Origin: Basidiobolus meristosporus CBS 931.73 | Lineage: Eukaryota; Fungi; Basidiobolomycota | Direction of reading: 5' to 3' | Assembly (NCBI GenBank): GCA_002104905.1 | Contig: MCFE01000093.1 | Location: 62,001 to 126,000 of the forward strand | Length of the DNA stretch: 64,000 bases | Shown: positions 26,690 through 38,965 of the stretch, piece after piece | Layout of the letters: every line of letters starts with the position of its first letter | How positions within the stretch are numbered: the first letter of the stretch is position 1 | Position numbers and translations under genes: made by a program | The notes under the pieces: model-generated | What the model was told of the DNA's origin: nothing | The model's input: the letters and a program-made list of their open reading frames with translations, nothing else | Database searches by the model: none

Positions 26690-27937
26690 ATGGTCCCCAT
26701 ACCAAGCCTCAACTCATCTTTAGTACAACCCAGACAAAACCCATCCCCCAGCTCACAAGCGCGGTCCGGACTGGAAAAGTTGATGTCAGATCCGTTTGAG
26801 TTCTCACCAAATGATTTTAGTATGGCCCAAGTGTCTATGATGAGCCTTCATACAGATATTTGGGCACTACTGATTAATCTAGCAGAACTAGATACCTCAG
26901 AGAGTTGACAAAGATGGAAGAATTTGAGTAGAAAGCTGTGGCATGAGTTCTACATCAAGATGCCAGCCGATGTATGTAAAAAGATATATAACAAGACAAG
27001 TATTGAAATCAAGAATGAGCTGAGAGTGAGGGGATTTGACAAGGAAGCCGCACGGGAACGATTTTGCGCACAATTTGCACAGTACGGGCCGGACGCGTCC
27101 ATTCGTGCCTCAACTTTGGGAACCAAAGAGATTTTGAATGAGTTTTTGCCTCAAATGACTAATGTACTACGTGATATATTAGTAGAGCTAAGTGGCTTCC
27201 AAGAGCAATATACACAGGACTCATCCAGGCAACAGCTCCAAAGTATCAGACAGAGGGTAAGTGAATACCTTGAGGAATCAGATGGTGAGCTTCAGGAGGA
27301 AGAATACAGACCGCGAGCAACATCGTCCAGATTGCGCCAGCACGCCTTGCTGGATTCCCTACCATCTCTAGCAAACACAGCGCACCGGCGCACGTCAGTC
27401 CAGACTACGCCAACACCCTTTACCAGAACGCCCCGCGTTGAGTCAACGCGCGTCGGGTCAACGCGCGCGCTTCAGAGCAAAACTACCAGAACTTGCCAAA
27501 CTGCTCATTTAGACACAAGTCCATTGGAGCGGACCAAGTTGCGTCAACATGAGGCATCACATTGGACTCAGCCAAGGGCCATCTCAACGCGTCAAGGCGC
27601 GCCTGCGCGTGCTGTTTTGCCTGACCATCAGCGAGTTACTTCTGGTGAACTGACTGATGATGACCAACATGAAGTGACTCAACCACCGGAGCCCTTGGCA
27701 AGTAAAAGAGCGTGTCAGCGCGTGGCACTACAGGCCGGTTCAGTTGGTTCAGTCGGAGCAATTCAGTGCGGCCAAGCTGCAGCATTGCACTCATCAACTA
27801 GGAGGCAAATTACTGACTACAAATACACAAGTAGCCAAGATGATAGTCAGCCAGGAAGTAGTATAGGTGTGCAAAGTGAGTCACTACCAAATGCTTCAGT
27901 AGTAATCCCTGTGAGAAAAAAACCCAGGAGAAGATGA
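26690..27937 (+). pseudogene. Transposon accessory ORF2 (copy 3), single in-frame TGA at 26906-26908
   Basis: ORFs 26690-26908 and 26924-27937 are in frame; helical N-half, R/T/S/Q-rich C-half, terminal KKPRRR; true start uncertain. Confidence 0.7.
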
Positions 27938-30672
27938 TGCAATTGCTTTGAATCGCTCACATTTGTAATGATCCTGACAACCCTTTTTTTTTGCGATCCA
28001 AATTGAGCCATTGCAAATCAGTGATCATCAAATTTTTGATATAAATAATATCAAGGTCATCTCACATTTGAGACAGAACCCCTATAAATAAACACCCTGC
28101 ATATGTATATGTCATCTGTAATACCAGTGCAGCTATTGGATCTGTTTTGCACCTACACAATCGCTTGCATGCTAGCTATGACACCTTGCCCAATCACTAG
28201 GATCAGGGATTTACTTGCTCAATGGGCTAAATGGGATATTTGATGGCCAATCAGGTAGCTTTTTCAGTAGTCAATGAGCCAATTGGGGGCTGCCAGCTTC
28301 AGGATACTTTTGGACCAATTAACCACTGAGATACCGTCCAATTGGAGTGAGGGTAACCAAATGGTAAGTATCAGTGATATTTATAGTGTGATACACATTT
28401 ATTTCCATTTACATTCAAGAAACATATCCAAATACCGGATTTTACCTGCCATTATAGCGGTATCCAATCGCGCACGTGATGCAAGCATTACGAGTTGGCG
28501 CAATCATCCGCACCAACCTCATTGTGTCAGATTGTGCCATAGTGTGCGAGATCATCCCGCATAGTGCGAAATTGTCCAAGAACGATCCTGCCTTCTGGTA
28601 GCTATAATATTGCGCCCGATTGTTCTTTGCGACCGCAGATTGCGCCGCACGCCCTGGCATGGTACAATGGAACAAGTCTGTAAAGTACTACACCCAGTAT
28701 CAATCAAGTGCAAGCATATCTGATATATTTGATATCAGACATTACAAACAGCTAAGCTACAAGGGCTGCTTTGATGGTATGTAAGACCATGTCTTTGCCT
28801 TAGCACTTGATGGATTCTCATTAAATAGTACCCCACCAGCAAACACTACTTGCCACTAATTCTTATCAACCTGAATCTGCCACCTCTCTGACAGTATTAG
28901 AGCAGAAATCTGATGGAGGTCTTGCAAGTGCCTGGGTGTAAATCACCATCCAAACTGGATAGCTTCCTGTATTCCATGCTGCATAAATTTTGTGAGCTTT
29001 CCAGTGGGATAGCAGTTAATGGCCATCATGTCAAAGTGCATATTGTTATTTGCATCAAAGATACCCCAACCATCAGCAAGAAAGCCAGCATTTCCAGGAA
29101 CAATGGATGGAATTGCTGTCAAATGTGAGAGATCTAGGGGGCCTAATCCATAACCATTAGCCAAACACCAAAACCAAGAACATCAACTTCTGGCAGAGAG
29201 AATGTACAGAAGTCAGCATTCAATTGCTGCAAAGTTGGCAAGCTAAAAGCCACTGGCCAGAATCTGGAGTTAATAGAAAATCTGAGATACATAAGATAGG
29301 GGTTTTCTGTTGAAGCAAAAGCTTTCCACTGGGAGCAATGCATTTGCTTTTCAACACTATCCCATACTGATGACCAAGTCACACATGGGCATTTCAAGCT
29401 AAATGAGCCCTTCAAGATACTAGAAAATCTGAAAGAGCTGGCAGGATATTACAGAATACCTGCTACCCTAAATACTTCTCATAGGCTCCAATGAATATTC
29501 ATATACATATACAACAATAGAAGTGCAAGTACTAGAAAACTGGATATGTATTTATTCAGGTGGCCTACAGAAGTCATTTCTACCAAGAGTACATTGGAAG
29601 CATTGGGAGTCATTTGTGGACATTGTAAGAATATATATCAGGAGGTGGATCCCAAATGCCAATTTGACTCATTTGTAGCTTTTGTGCAAAGAGTTTGTAA
29701 TGGGACTTGAGCAGCTATACCACAAACACAAAGCTAATTATGTAGATCTCTGCTGCTACTGTATACATTCTGGCTTCATCTTGCTTGGTGTGTGGAGAAT
29801 ATTGGCCCTTGCTTCACCTTTTGGGAGTGTCTTATGGAGCACATGTGTGGGGAGATAGGAAGATGAGTCAAGTTGCAGGTCTACCATATTCCAATCTCAT
29901 CAAGAATATCACCCTCAAGTCAGTCATGGATGAGATGAGTTGACACATGTAGGATGGCTAGGAAGACTTGGGAAAAACTGAAGACAGATGTGCACATGGA
30001 GACACATATGCCTATGTCATAAAGAAGCTAAGTAGCCCCAATACATGTGTAATCAGTTAAGTAATACAATGTTGGGTTGGGTGCAACAAGTAACTAACTT
30101 TGATTGGGATAACTTTACTAAAATATGCTGGGTTTTTCTTAGTCATAAGCCAATTTCTACACTATTCTATACAGATCCACACAACAAAGAGCTACAGTGC
30201 ACCTATAAGGGGGATTAGAATCCAACAGGGAGAAGATATATATCAGCTAAATACCAAAAAGTTCTTTGTGGATATTCAGGAGGTATTTATGGCAGAAGTG
30301 GTGGCAACCAAGCATTTATTTGCAAGATGTTTATACTATCAGCGATATAAGGTATATGGCAACTTGGTAAGTATCACACTAAAATGCCATAAAGTTGAGG
30401 TGATAGAAGTATGTGAATTGCAGCAAGTATGTGCATTTGTAGAGGCTAGTAAACAGGAGCCCACAGTTTTTTTTGATTTGAACTATATGTGGAATACCCA
30501 ATTTAGTAGTTGGTAAGCAATTAAAGAGGGTTGATGCTACAGTGCAATAAATGAATTGTGCATGGGGAGGTAGAAAAAGGGAATACCATTTGATAAATTA
30601 GCAGGGTAGCATTATGCAGAACTAGCTGTAGGCCACCATACTGCTGTGATAATACCATTAGAGGCTTGCAAT

Positions 30673-30883
30673 AGACTTGTTCCATCATTCCAGCTGATCA
30701 TAGTGCCCAATAGTGCCATAGCATGCCAGATGGTGCCTGATCATGCCACAGAGTGCTAGATGGTGCCATACAGTGCCAATTTGGGATCAAAATTGACATG
30801 CATATGACCCTAAAATATCATATCAATAACAAAATATACAGCACTTTCTGGCACTATGATCAATGGCACAATGGAGCAAGTCT
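30673..30883. mobile_element. 211-bp MITE sharing the PHIS TIR
   Basis: AGACTTGTTCCAT...ATGGAGCAAGTCT termini, ATAGTGCC/GGCACTAT subterminal repeats, flanks AAT/AGT; absent from the homologous site near 32520-32530. Confidence 0.85.
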
Positions 30884-31516
30884 AGTGAGACCATCAAACA
30901 CCGTCAATTTTTTTGCTATATCATGCAGTTGGATTTACTGGCCAGTTGGATCCACTCAAGTAGTTGTAGATTGCACTAAGACCGCAACAATGCCATACCA
31001 CCATTGGCAAAACACTGCCCAAACACTGTTGTGCTTTTTACTTTATTTGGTGGAAAAATTTGCAAAATGCCATTGTGATCCTGTTATAAGATTGCATAGA
31101 GGATCATAAATTCCAGGCTGTGGGTATTATAAAATTCTCCTGATGGAATTCTGATGGATGATGTGGATCAAATCCACCCATGAGACCAAATTGTTTTTCA
31201 TAGACATAGTGGATGCTGGGCTGATGGATCTAAGCTTGGCTATGGGGGCCAAGGCCTCAGTGAAGCTCAGTCCTTTTGTTTTGGAGTGTCCTTGGGCCAT
31301 ATATATATGTTTGTGTATTTCAGCAGTACTATAAGCCTTATATTTGGTCTTGAGAGCCTATACACATTCAATTGATATTTGGGGTCTTTTTTTAGAGCTG
31401 GGGGCTCATCTATGTGGACTCAACTGGCATAAGCTACATTTGTACCATTATTGAAGTAGTGCTTTGGGCAATATCTGATCTGGCTACATAACTGGCTTTG
31501 AGAAGATGGAAAGAAC

Positions 31517-31886
31517 TGCCACAAGTCATGGTATAATAGTTGTAGAAGAGTAGGGAGTTTAGATGGTATTGTATTCACTAAAACTTAAACTGATTTTTAT
31601 TGAGGTTCCAGCAGCTCCTTATATACAATTATGCAAGTTCAGTTGCTGGCTAAGTGTATTTCCTAGTGTAGGTTGTGGCTGATGACTCATTTGATTGTAT
31701 CATCATCACCTAATAGGTTCCTACTTTATATATCTATTCCTGTCTGATAAGGGTCTGCTGATTCATCTGCTGACTAATACCACCAATTTGATAGATAACA
31801 CCAATATACTGATAGGCTAAACATATAACTAATTGATTTGACTAAAAACTGATCCAACTTATAAATCAAAGTGGTAGATCATAATA
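31517..31886 (-). mobile_element. Solo LTR-A
   Basis: 370-bp reverse complement of LTR-A; 4-bp flanks GAAC/GAGC (one G/A mismatch). Confidence 0.8.
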
Positions 31887-31899
31887 GAGCAATTCAGGA

Positions 31900-32200
31900 A
31901 AGTCCCCTGTGAGTAATTATCTTGATCATCCTGTCAAAGGCCATCACAAATTCTAAGTCTCATGAATAAGAGGTACTGATCCTGTCAGGACACTATGGAA
32001 AGACTCTCAAAAAATAATAGCACCCTAGATCTCACAAAAACTTGGTCAAAATTTTCATTGCATCAGTACATAAGTGGCTTTTGATTGGTTCTCTCCCAGT
32101 TCTCTCACTTTCTGATCCCAGACACTCAATTACCTCCTATGTTTTTGTATGTTAATTGGCTATTGCCTCTTTTTCACACTACCTATATCCTGACTCAATC
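31900..32200 (+). repeat. Family C terminal segment
   Basis: Matches 38.62-38.92 kb; ends approximate. Confidence 0.65.
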
Positions 32201-32204
32201 AATT

Positions 32205-33093
32205 CCCTATGAAAAATAATTTGGTCCTGCAGGTGAATATAATTCATATCAGTTGTTAAGATCCCATCAGGAGACCACTATAATACCAGCAGGTTAGAAT
32301 TAATGACCACCTATACAATCTTGTGATGGGATCACAATGAAATTTTGCTAATTTACCGCCAAATAAATTTAATAAAATATAATGGTGTGTGTACAGTGTC
32401 TGGCCAAAGGTAGCATGGCATTGTTGCAGTCTTAGTGTACTTTACAACTACTTGAGTGGATCTAGCTGGTCAGTACATTCAATTGCCTTATATGGCAAAA
32501 AATAATGGAGTTTTGATGGCCTCTTTGCAAGCCTCTGATGGCATTATCATGGCAGTATGGTGGCCTACAGCTAGCTCTGTGTAATGCTACCATACCAATA
32601 TACCAAATGGTATTTCCTTTTTCTACCTCCACTTGTGCAACTCATATACTCCACTGTAGAATCACGCATCTTAATTTGCTTACCAACTACTACTTGGGTA
32701 CTCCACAAATAGTTTGAATCAAAAATAACTATGGCCTCCTGCTTACTAACCTCCACAAACATGCACACCTGCTACAACTGATACACTTCTATAACCTCAG
32801 TTTTATGGCTTCTTAGTATGATAATTGCAAAGTTGCCATATATGTTGTACTGCTGGTAACATATACATCTTGCAAACATATGGGTGGTTGTTGACACTTC
32901 TGCCAGGAATACCTCCTGAATATCCACAAAGAGCTTTTTGGTCTTTAGCAGATATATTCCTTCTCCCTGCTAGATTCTGGTCCCCCTTATAGGTGCCTTC
33001 TGGCTCTTGTTTGTGTGAATTCTGTATTGAATGGTGTAGAAGTTGGCTTATGACCAAGAGAAATCTGGCATACCTTGGTAGAGTTTTCCCAAT
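32205..33093 (-). mobile_element. Inverted copy of the CACTA-like 3' region
   Basis: Reverse complement aligns with about 30100-31205 minus the MITE (FLVISQ.LH.SIQ ORF remnant in both). Confidence 0.75.
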
Positions 33094-36000
33094 AGAAATA
33101 CTGATGAGGATGTGATAGTTACTATCCTGAATAGCCTGACAGACAAGTTTCAAGGCCTTGTATCAGCCCTAGAGTCCAGAACTGAAGATTTGACCTTAAA
33201 TTACGTATATGGAAGGCTCCTGGATGAAGAATTAAGGAAATCAAGCGCAAATAAGAAGGAAGAAGAAAATGCTTCAATAAGCAATGATAACCAACAAAGA
33301 AGGTATCCAACACCCTGCAAAGGCAACAGCAACCCATTTTGTAACTACTGCAAAAGGAAAGAACACATATCAGACCGGTGTCTCAAAAAGAAAGATAATC
33401 AGCAAAAGAAGCCTTAATATGGAAAAGCTGCAACAACTGAAGATAGACTATTCATATCTGCACTAAATATGACCACAAACAAGGATTCTCAGACGTGGTA
33501 TATTGACTCTGGAGCTTCTCAACACTTTACACACCAAAAAGAACTTTTTACCCAATATCAAGAAATTCCAATTAAGAAGGTTTTCATGGGTGACAATAGA
33601 ACACTTGATGCAGTGGGAGAAGGAATTATCCAAGTAAACCTAAGAAGCAGTGAAGGAAGCCATACACTGACCTTTAAAGAAGTACTCTATGTACCAGAAA
33701 TAGCCAAGAACCTACTATCTGTAAGCAAGGCCACAGCAGAAGGACTCAGGTTCAGTTTTGACAATTCTGGATGCAGGATCACTGATCAAAATGGTGCCCA
33801 TATTGCTTTGGGCATCAGAGATCAGAATCTCTACAAGTTGACTTATATTGCATCATATCTGGAAGCTAATATAAGTAACTTAAATGACTAAACACCTATG
33901 CTTTGGTACAGGAGATTTGGACACATCAATTTTGATTATTTGCGTAAAATGATCAAAGATCAGCTAATTTCTGGAGTGAAAATTGATCCCCCAGCTAATT
34001 TGGAGCACTGTGAAGCCTGCATATATGGGAAACAAGCCAGACAACAGTTCAAGAGCTCCGGGTTAATCAAAACTAAGAAAAAATTAGATCTAATTCACTC
34101 AGATCTGTGTGGACCTATGCAAAATTTATCCTTAGGCGGGATGAAGTATTTAATCACTTTTATTGATGATTATACAAGATACACATGGGTCTACTTCATG
34201 GAGAGAAAGGAAGAAGCTCTGACTAAGCTCAGGGAGCTTAAAGCCATGGTTGAGAGAGAAACTGGTGAAAAAATCAAGAAAATACACACTGACAATGGTG
34301 GAGAATATACCTCAAAACTCTTCATCCACTTCGGCAAAATTCATGGGATAAAGCAAGAGACTACTGTACCATACTCCTCACAGCAAAATGGAGTAGCAGA
34401 ACAAGCTAACAGATCAATAATTGATATGGCAAGATCTATGATCCATGATCAAAAATTATCCTATGATTTTTGGGTGGAATCAGTTGCCACTGCTGTATAC
34501 CTTAAAAATAGGAGTTATAACAGAATACTTTGTGATTCTACTCCATTTGAAGCATGGTATGGATACAGACTAAGTGCAGAACACCTAAGAATATTTGGGT
34601 GTACAGCGTATGCCAAAAAACTGGCCGCAAATCAGTCAAAATTTGTGCCAAAAAGTGTAAAATGCATATTTTTGGGCTACTGCAATGAGAGTAAGGCATA
34701 CAGACTCTACAATACCAAAGCAAAGAAGCTTATCAAGTCCAGGGATGTGTTGTTTGATGAATATTTAAAATTTTCACAAAAAATGACATCAGATGATGAC
34801 AAATATCTGATCTCAAGTCCACCAATTGTCACGATTGAATCAGAGCAAAACAATGAGAATTTTTCACTCCAGAGAACTCTACCACTGTGGTTCAGCCAGA
34901 ATCAGTGCCCAGGAATATCCCAGAAGTGATCATTCCAGTATCAAATGCCTGGAGATCCAATTGGACAAGAAATAGCCCAAATTACTATATCAATGAGGGC
35001 ACAAACTTAGCCTATGCCTATTCAGTCCATATTGATGAGCCCCAGACTGTAAAAGAGGCCCTAAATAGCCCTCAGACAAAGTTTTGGAGATCTGCAATGA
35101 CTGAGGAATATCAGGCCCTGATGGATAATCAAACTTGGGACTTAGTCAAATTACCAATCAACCAAAAATCAATTGGATGCAGATGGGTCTTCAAGACAAA
35201 ATACAAGGCTGATGGTACAATTGAGAGATACAAAGCAAGACTTGTAGCCAAAGGATACTCTCAAACAAAAGGACTTGACTATACTGAGACCTATGCACCA
35301 GTAGCCAAATTTAATTCCATCAGATTAATATTGGCTATTCCAGCCAAATATAGGTTTTTTATACATCAAATGGATGTAAAACTGCATTTTTGAATGGAGA
35401 ACTTGATGAGGACGTGTATATGGACCAGCCTGATGGGTTTGTTGACCAAGATAGCCCCCATTTGGTCTGCAAGCTTAAAAAGTCACTATATGGTCTCAAA
35501 CAATCACCAAGAGCCTGGAATTGCAAGATAGATTCTTATTTGGAATCTTTGAGTTTCAAAAGAAGTAATACTGACTATAGTATATACTATAAGCCAGATA
35601 GAGCAAATCCAGCTCTATTAGCTCTATATGTGGATGATCTTATTATAGCCACCAATAACCTAGAAACATTGGAAGAGACTAAATCCAGCCTATCTAAGGA
35701 GTTCAAGATGTCCAATCTAGGAGAGAGTAGTTACTACTTAGGGATTAAGCTCGCCATAGACAGAAGTACCCAGACTATTACCCTAAGCCAATTCAAGTAT
35801 ATTCAAGATATACTAAAGAAGTACAAAATGGAAGACTGTAAACCAGCAGCTACCCCAATGGAGACAAACCTTAACTTGGTCAAAACTCAACCAAATCAAG
35901 AGAGCTTGGTGCCATCTGAAAGCCCTGACTTTCCTTATCAATCTATGGTTGGCAGTCTGATGTATATCATGCTTGGAACATGTCCAGATATCTCATATTC

Positions 36001-36967
36001 AGTGGGAGCTGTCAGCCAACATAATCAGAATTATGGATCTGATCATATTGCAGCAGTTAAGCAAATTTTTAGATACCTAAAAGGAACTGCTAATATCTGC
36101 TTAAGATACACTTATAAGGATTTAGAACAGGATCTTGTGGGACACTCTGATGCTGATTGGGGACAAAATTTGGAAGACAGAAGATCCACCACAGGATACA
36201 CCTTTCTTTACTGTAAAGGAGCAATTTCATGGAATTTGAGAAAGCAGCCAACCTGTAGCACTTTCTACTACAGAGGCAGAGTATATGGCAGCCTGTGAAG
36301 CTACAAAAGAAGTAATATGGGTAAGAAAACTCTTTACAGATTTAGGCCTATGTCAAAAAATGCCTATTACTTTATTTCAAGATAATCAAGGATGTGTACA
36401 ATTAGATAGAAATCCAACTTTTCATGCTAGAACCAGGCACATATATATTAGACATCATTTCATACGTGAAGCTATAGAGAATAACTTAGTTAGCTTAGTT
36501 TACTCTCCAACAGATGAAATGATTGCAGACATATTTACCAAACCATTAGCTAGAGACAAGTTTGAATATCTTAAGTCAAAATTGGGACTAGTCAGTATGA
36601 ACATTTAGCTGAGTGGGAGTGTTGCAAAAATTTGTATTTCCACCTAAATATTCACCTAACTTAGTCACTTAGATCATCACCTTCAAATCCTAGAGAATAC
36701 TGACCAAATTCTTGTCAGGATTTACTTAGAATATATTCACCAAAATACCAGGTACCCAGAACATGAAAATTCTCAAAGTTGTCCAAACAGCCCCAAACTT
36801 TGCACACATGTTCTTGGAGCCTTCCTTAACCTATTCTACATGTTTGTAATGCCAAGACCAGGTAAAAGTATAAATACTACTTTTACATTCAATAAATCAT
36901 TAAGTGAAAACCACATAATCTGCTTGTCCTCCCAATCACTTCCAATATCTCCAAGACTCTTACAACA
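33094..36967 (+). mobile_element. Ty1/Copia family B, 5'-truncated gag-pol with 3' LTR (36620-36967)
   Basis: Gag end with CxxC knuckle, protease WYIDSGASQH, integrase (HSDLCGP, TDNGGEY, QQNGVAE), RT (YKARLVAKG, LYVDD), RNase H (DADW, EAEY); PPT GAGTGGGAG then TGTTG...CAACA; several stops/frameshifts. Confidence 0.92.
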
Positions 36968-36969
36968 TA

Positions 36970-38965
36970 TGTAACACCATCTTACCTTTGGTTTGACTCA
37001 CTTCCATATATATGCCACCAAAAAATAAAGCAAAGTTTTCTGGTTCCCATCCAAACCCTATCACTGACAGCAGCAGAAGAATGGTTGGACAACAGCTTAC
37101 TTTGGCATTGAGTGCATCAAGCAGGGCTACAACCAAAAAAGGGCCTGTGGAGAGTGGGCCCACTGAAGGGAATAATTTTGGACTTCTCAGGCTCTCAGTC
37201 AAGCAGGCAATTGGGAATCTCTGGGGAGCAGCAAGCTGATCATATTGCTGAGGCAGATGAGAATGTTGCAAAAGCAGCACCTTCAGTTGAAGACCAGCAA
37301 GTGGCTGTTGTAACATCACCACCACCCATATTAGCAAGTATGTGTCAGCTCATACCAGAGCATTAATGAGGCAATTAGGTGCAGTGGCTGATTGGATAGA
37401 TGCAATGACCCAGAGAAATCAGGAAATAGTCCAGAAATAGGATGAGCAGATAATATGTGTAGAGCAAACAATCTCTCAGGCAGAGAAAGCAGCATTGTTG
37501 CTGCAAAGAAGGAACTCAAGTAGCTCAATGTCACCACCAAGAATAGAGCCATTTCCTGATGTAACAGCAGAGGAACACCATACAGTCTTTGAAGTGCACC
37601 AACAATGCCCAAAGATAATGCCCATAGAAATGCCTACCACAGCATGGGAGGAAAAAAATGTAGTAATTACACTGTAGGCTGACAGTCAAAAGACACTAAA
37701 GATCTGTGAAGCCATTGGGTGCAATGATGAAGAGTGGGCTAACATACAAGAGGCCATCAGAAGTCTAGCATGCCATCACCTTAAGGCCCACATACTATGG
37801 GACTATCAGGAACTCAAGATCAAGCAGAATACGCTTGACCTGTTCCATGAACATTATCCTGGACTCAAACAGGCAAACAGATTTTAGGCCAGCATTGGTA
37901 TGCTAAGAAAGTATCTTAAGAATAGTAGAAACTATCAAAGGCAGAAGAACAAGGGTGCCATGGCTAAAAACCAGCAGCTTCCTCAAGGGCCTGTTACAAG
38001 CAGGGTCAACAGCTTCAAACAAGCATCAAAGAGGTATCAGGTAACTGGAAGAGTGCCAATAAGGGAAAAGTAGGCAGACACAGATGCACTAGCACAATAT
38101 TTATCATGGATGAAGCGTAGTTCTACTCTAGAAGCACTAGTTCAAAGTAAGAGTGAAGGAGCTGGCAGTGATAAAAGCAAGCAGCTACCTCAGGAGCCCT
38201 TCATCAGTGTGGGCTGAGAGCTCAGAATATGCAGGAAAGAAGCATCAGGCTGCCCACAGAGTACCAGCAAGGGATAAGCAGGCCAAAACAGATGTATCAG
38301 AGCAGCGTTTGTCTAGGAGAAAAAGTAGTTGCATACAAGAAGTACTCAGACAAAGAACCAGTGAAAGATCTGGCAGTGATAAAGGAAAAGGTAAAGGGGA
38401 AAAGTTTACCTAAGCTGGAGACAGGGAAGTGTAAGGAAAAAGCTGCAGTTCTTGCCAATTAATGCCATAGGCTCTGAACAGACTGAATCTCATCATAGCC
38501 AAGAAGAATTACCAATAAGAAATAGCTGCTTTCACAAGAGTTGGAAGCACAGCCAGTTGAGCTACACTTCAGTGAGGTAGATGAGCTTGCAGAAAAAGGC
38601 AATTAGTCTACCACAGCCTCCATGTACCCTATGAGAGATTACTGAGATGATCCCATCAAAAGGCCACCACAGAGCTAAAGTCCCATGATGAAGAGGTACT
38701 GATCCTGTCAGGATGCTGTCCAGAGACTGTTGAAAAACAATTGCACCCCATATTTTACAAAAAACTTGAGCAAAATATTTCAGCACCACAATATATAAGT
38801 GGCTTTTGATTGGTTCCCTGCCAATTTGCTCACTTTCTGATCCCAAACACACTATCACCTCCTATATTTGTGTGCATTGATTGGCTATTGCCTCTTTTTC
38901 ACACACCTTACTACCTGACTCAACTGTTTCTCTTACTTTTCATGCATGCACATTGATTTATTTCC
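36970..38965 (+). repeat. Family C, longest copy (degraded ORF plus ~320-bp terminal segment)
   Basis: Begins MPPKNKAKF; contains LKICEAIGCNDEEWANIQEAIRSL...YPGLKQANRF.ASIGMLRKYLKNSRNY; terminal segment 38645-38965; ends approximate. Confidence 0.7.

Larger units (their letters stand above)
25263..28679. mobile_element. PHIS-type two-ORF DNA transposon, complete copy 3 (3417 bp)
   Basis: TIRs AGACTTGTTCCGTTG (25263) and CAATGGAACAAGTCT (28679); 3-bp flanks ATA/GTA; subterminal ATAGTGCC/GGCACTAT repeats; divergent transposase and ORF2. Confidence 0.9.
24640..31205 (+). mobile_element. CACTA/EnSpm-like (Transposase_21/tnp2) element remnant, interrupted by PHIS copy 3 and a MITE
   Basis: CIAFT...ARCP...GYIP before 25262; after 28680 SDIFD, ALALDGF, ILINLNLPP, GCKSPSKLDSFL, KDTPTISK motifs typical of tnp2; downstream part repeated inverted at 32.2-33.1 kb; TIRs not identified; ends approximate. 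Confidence 0.75.
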
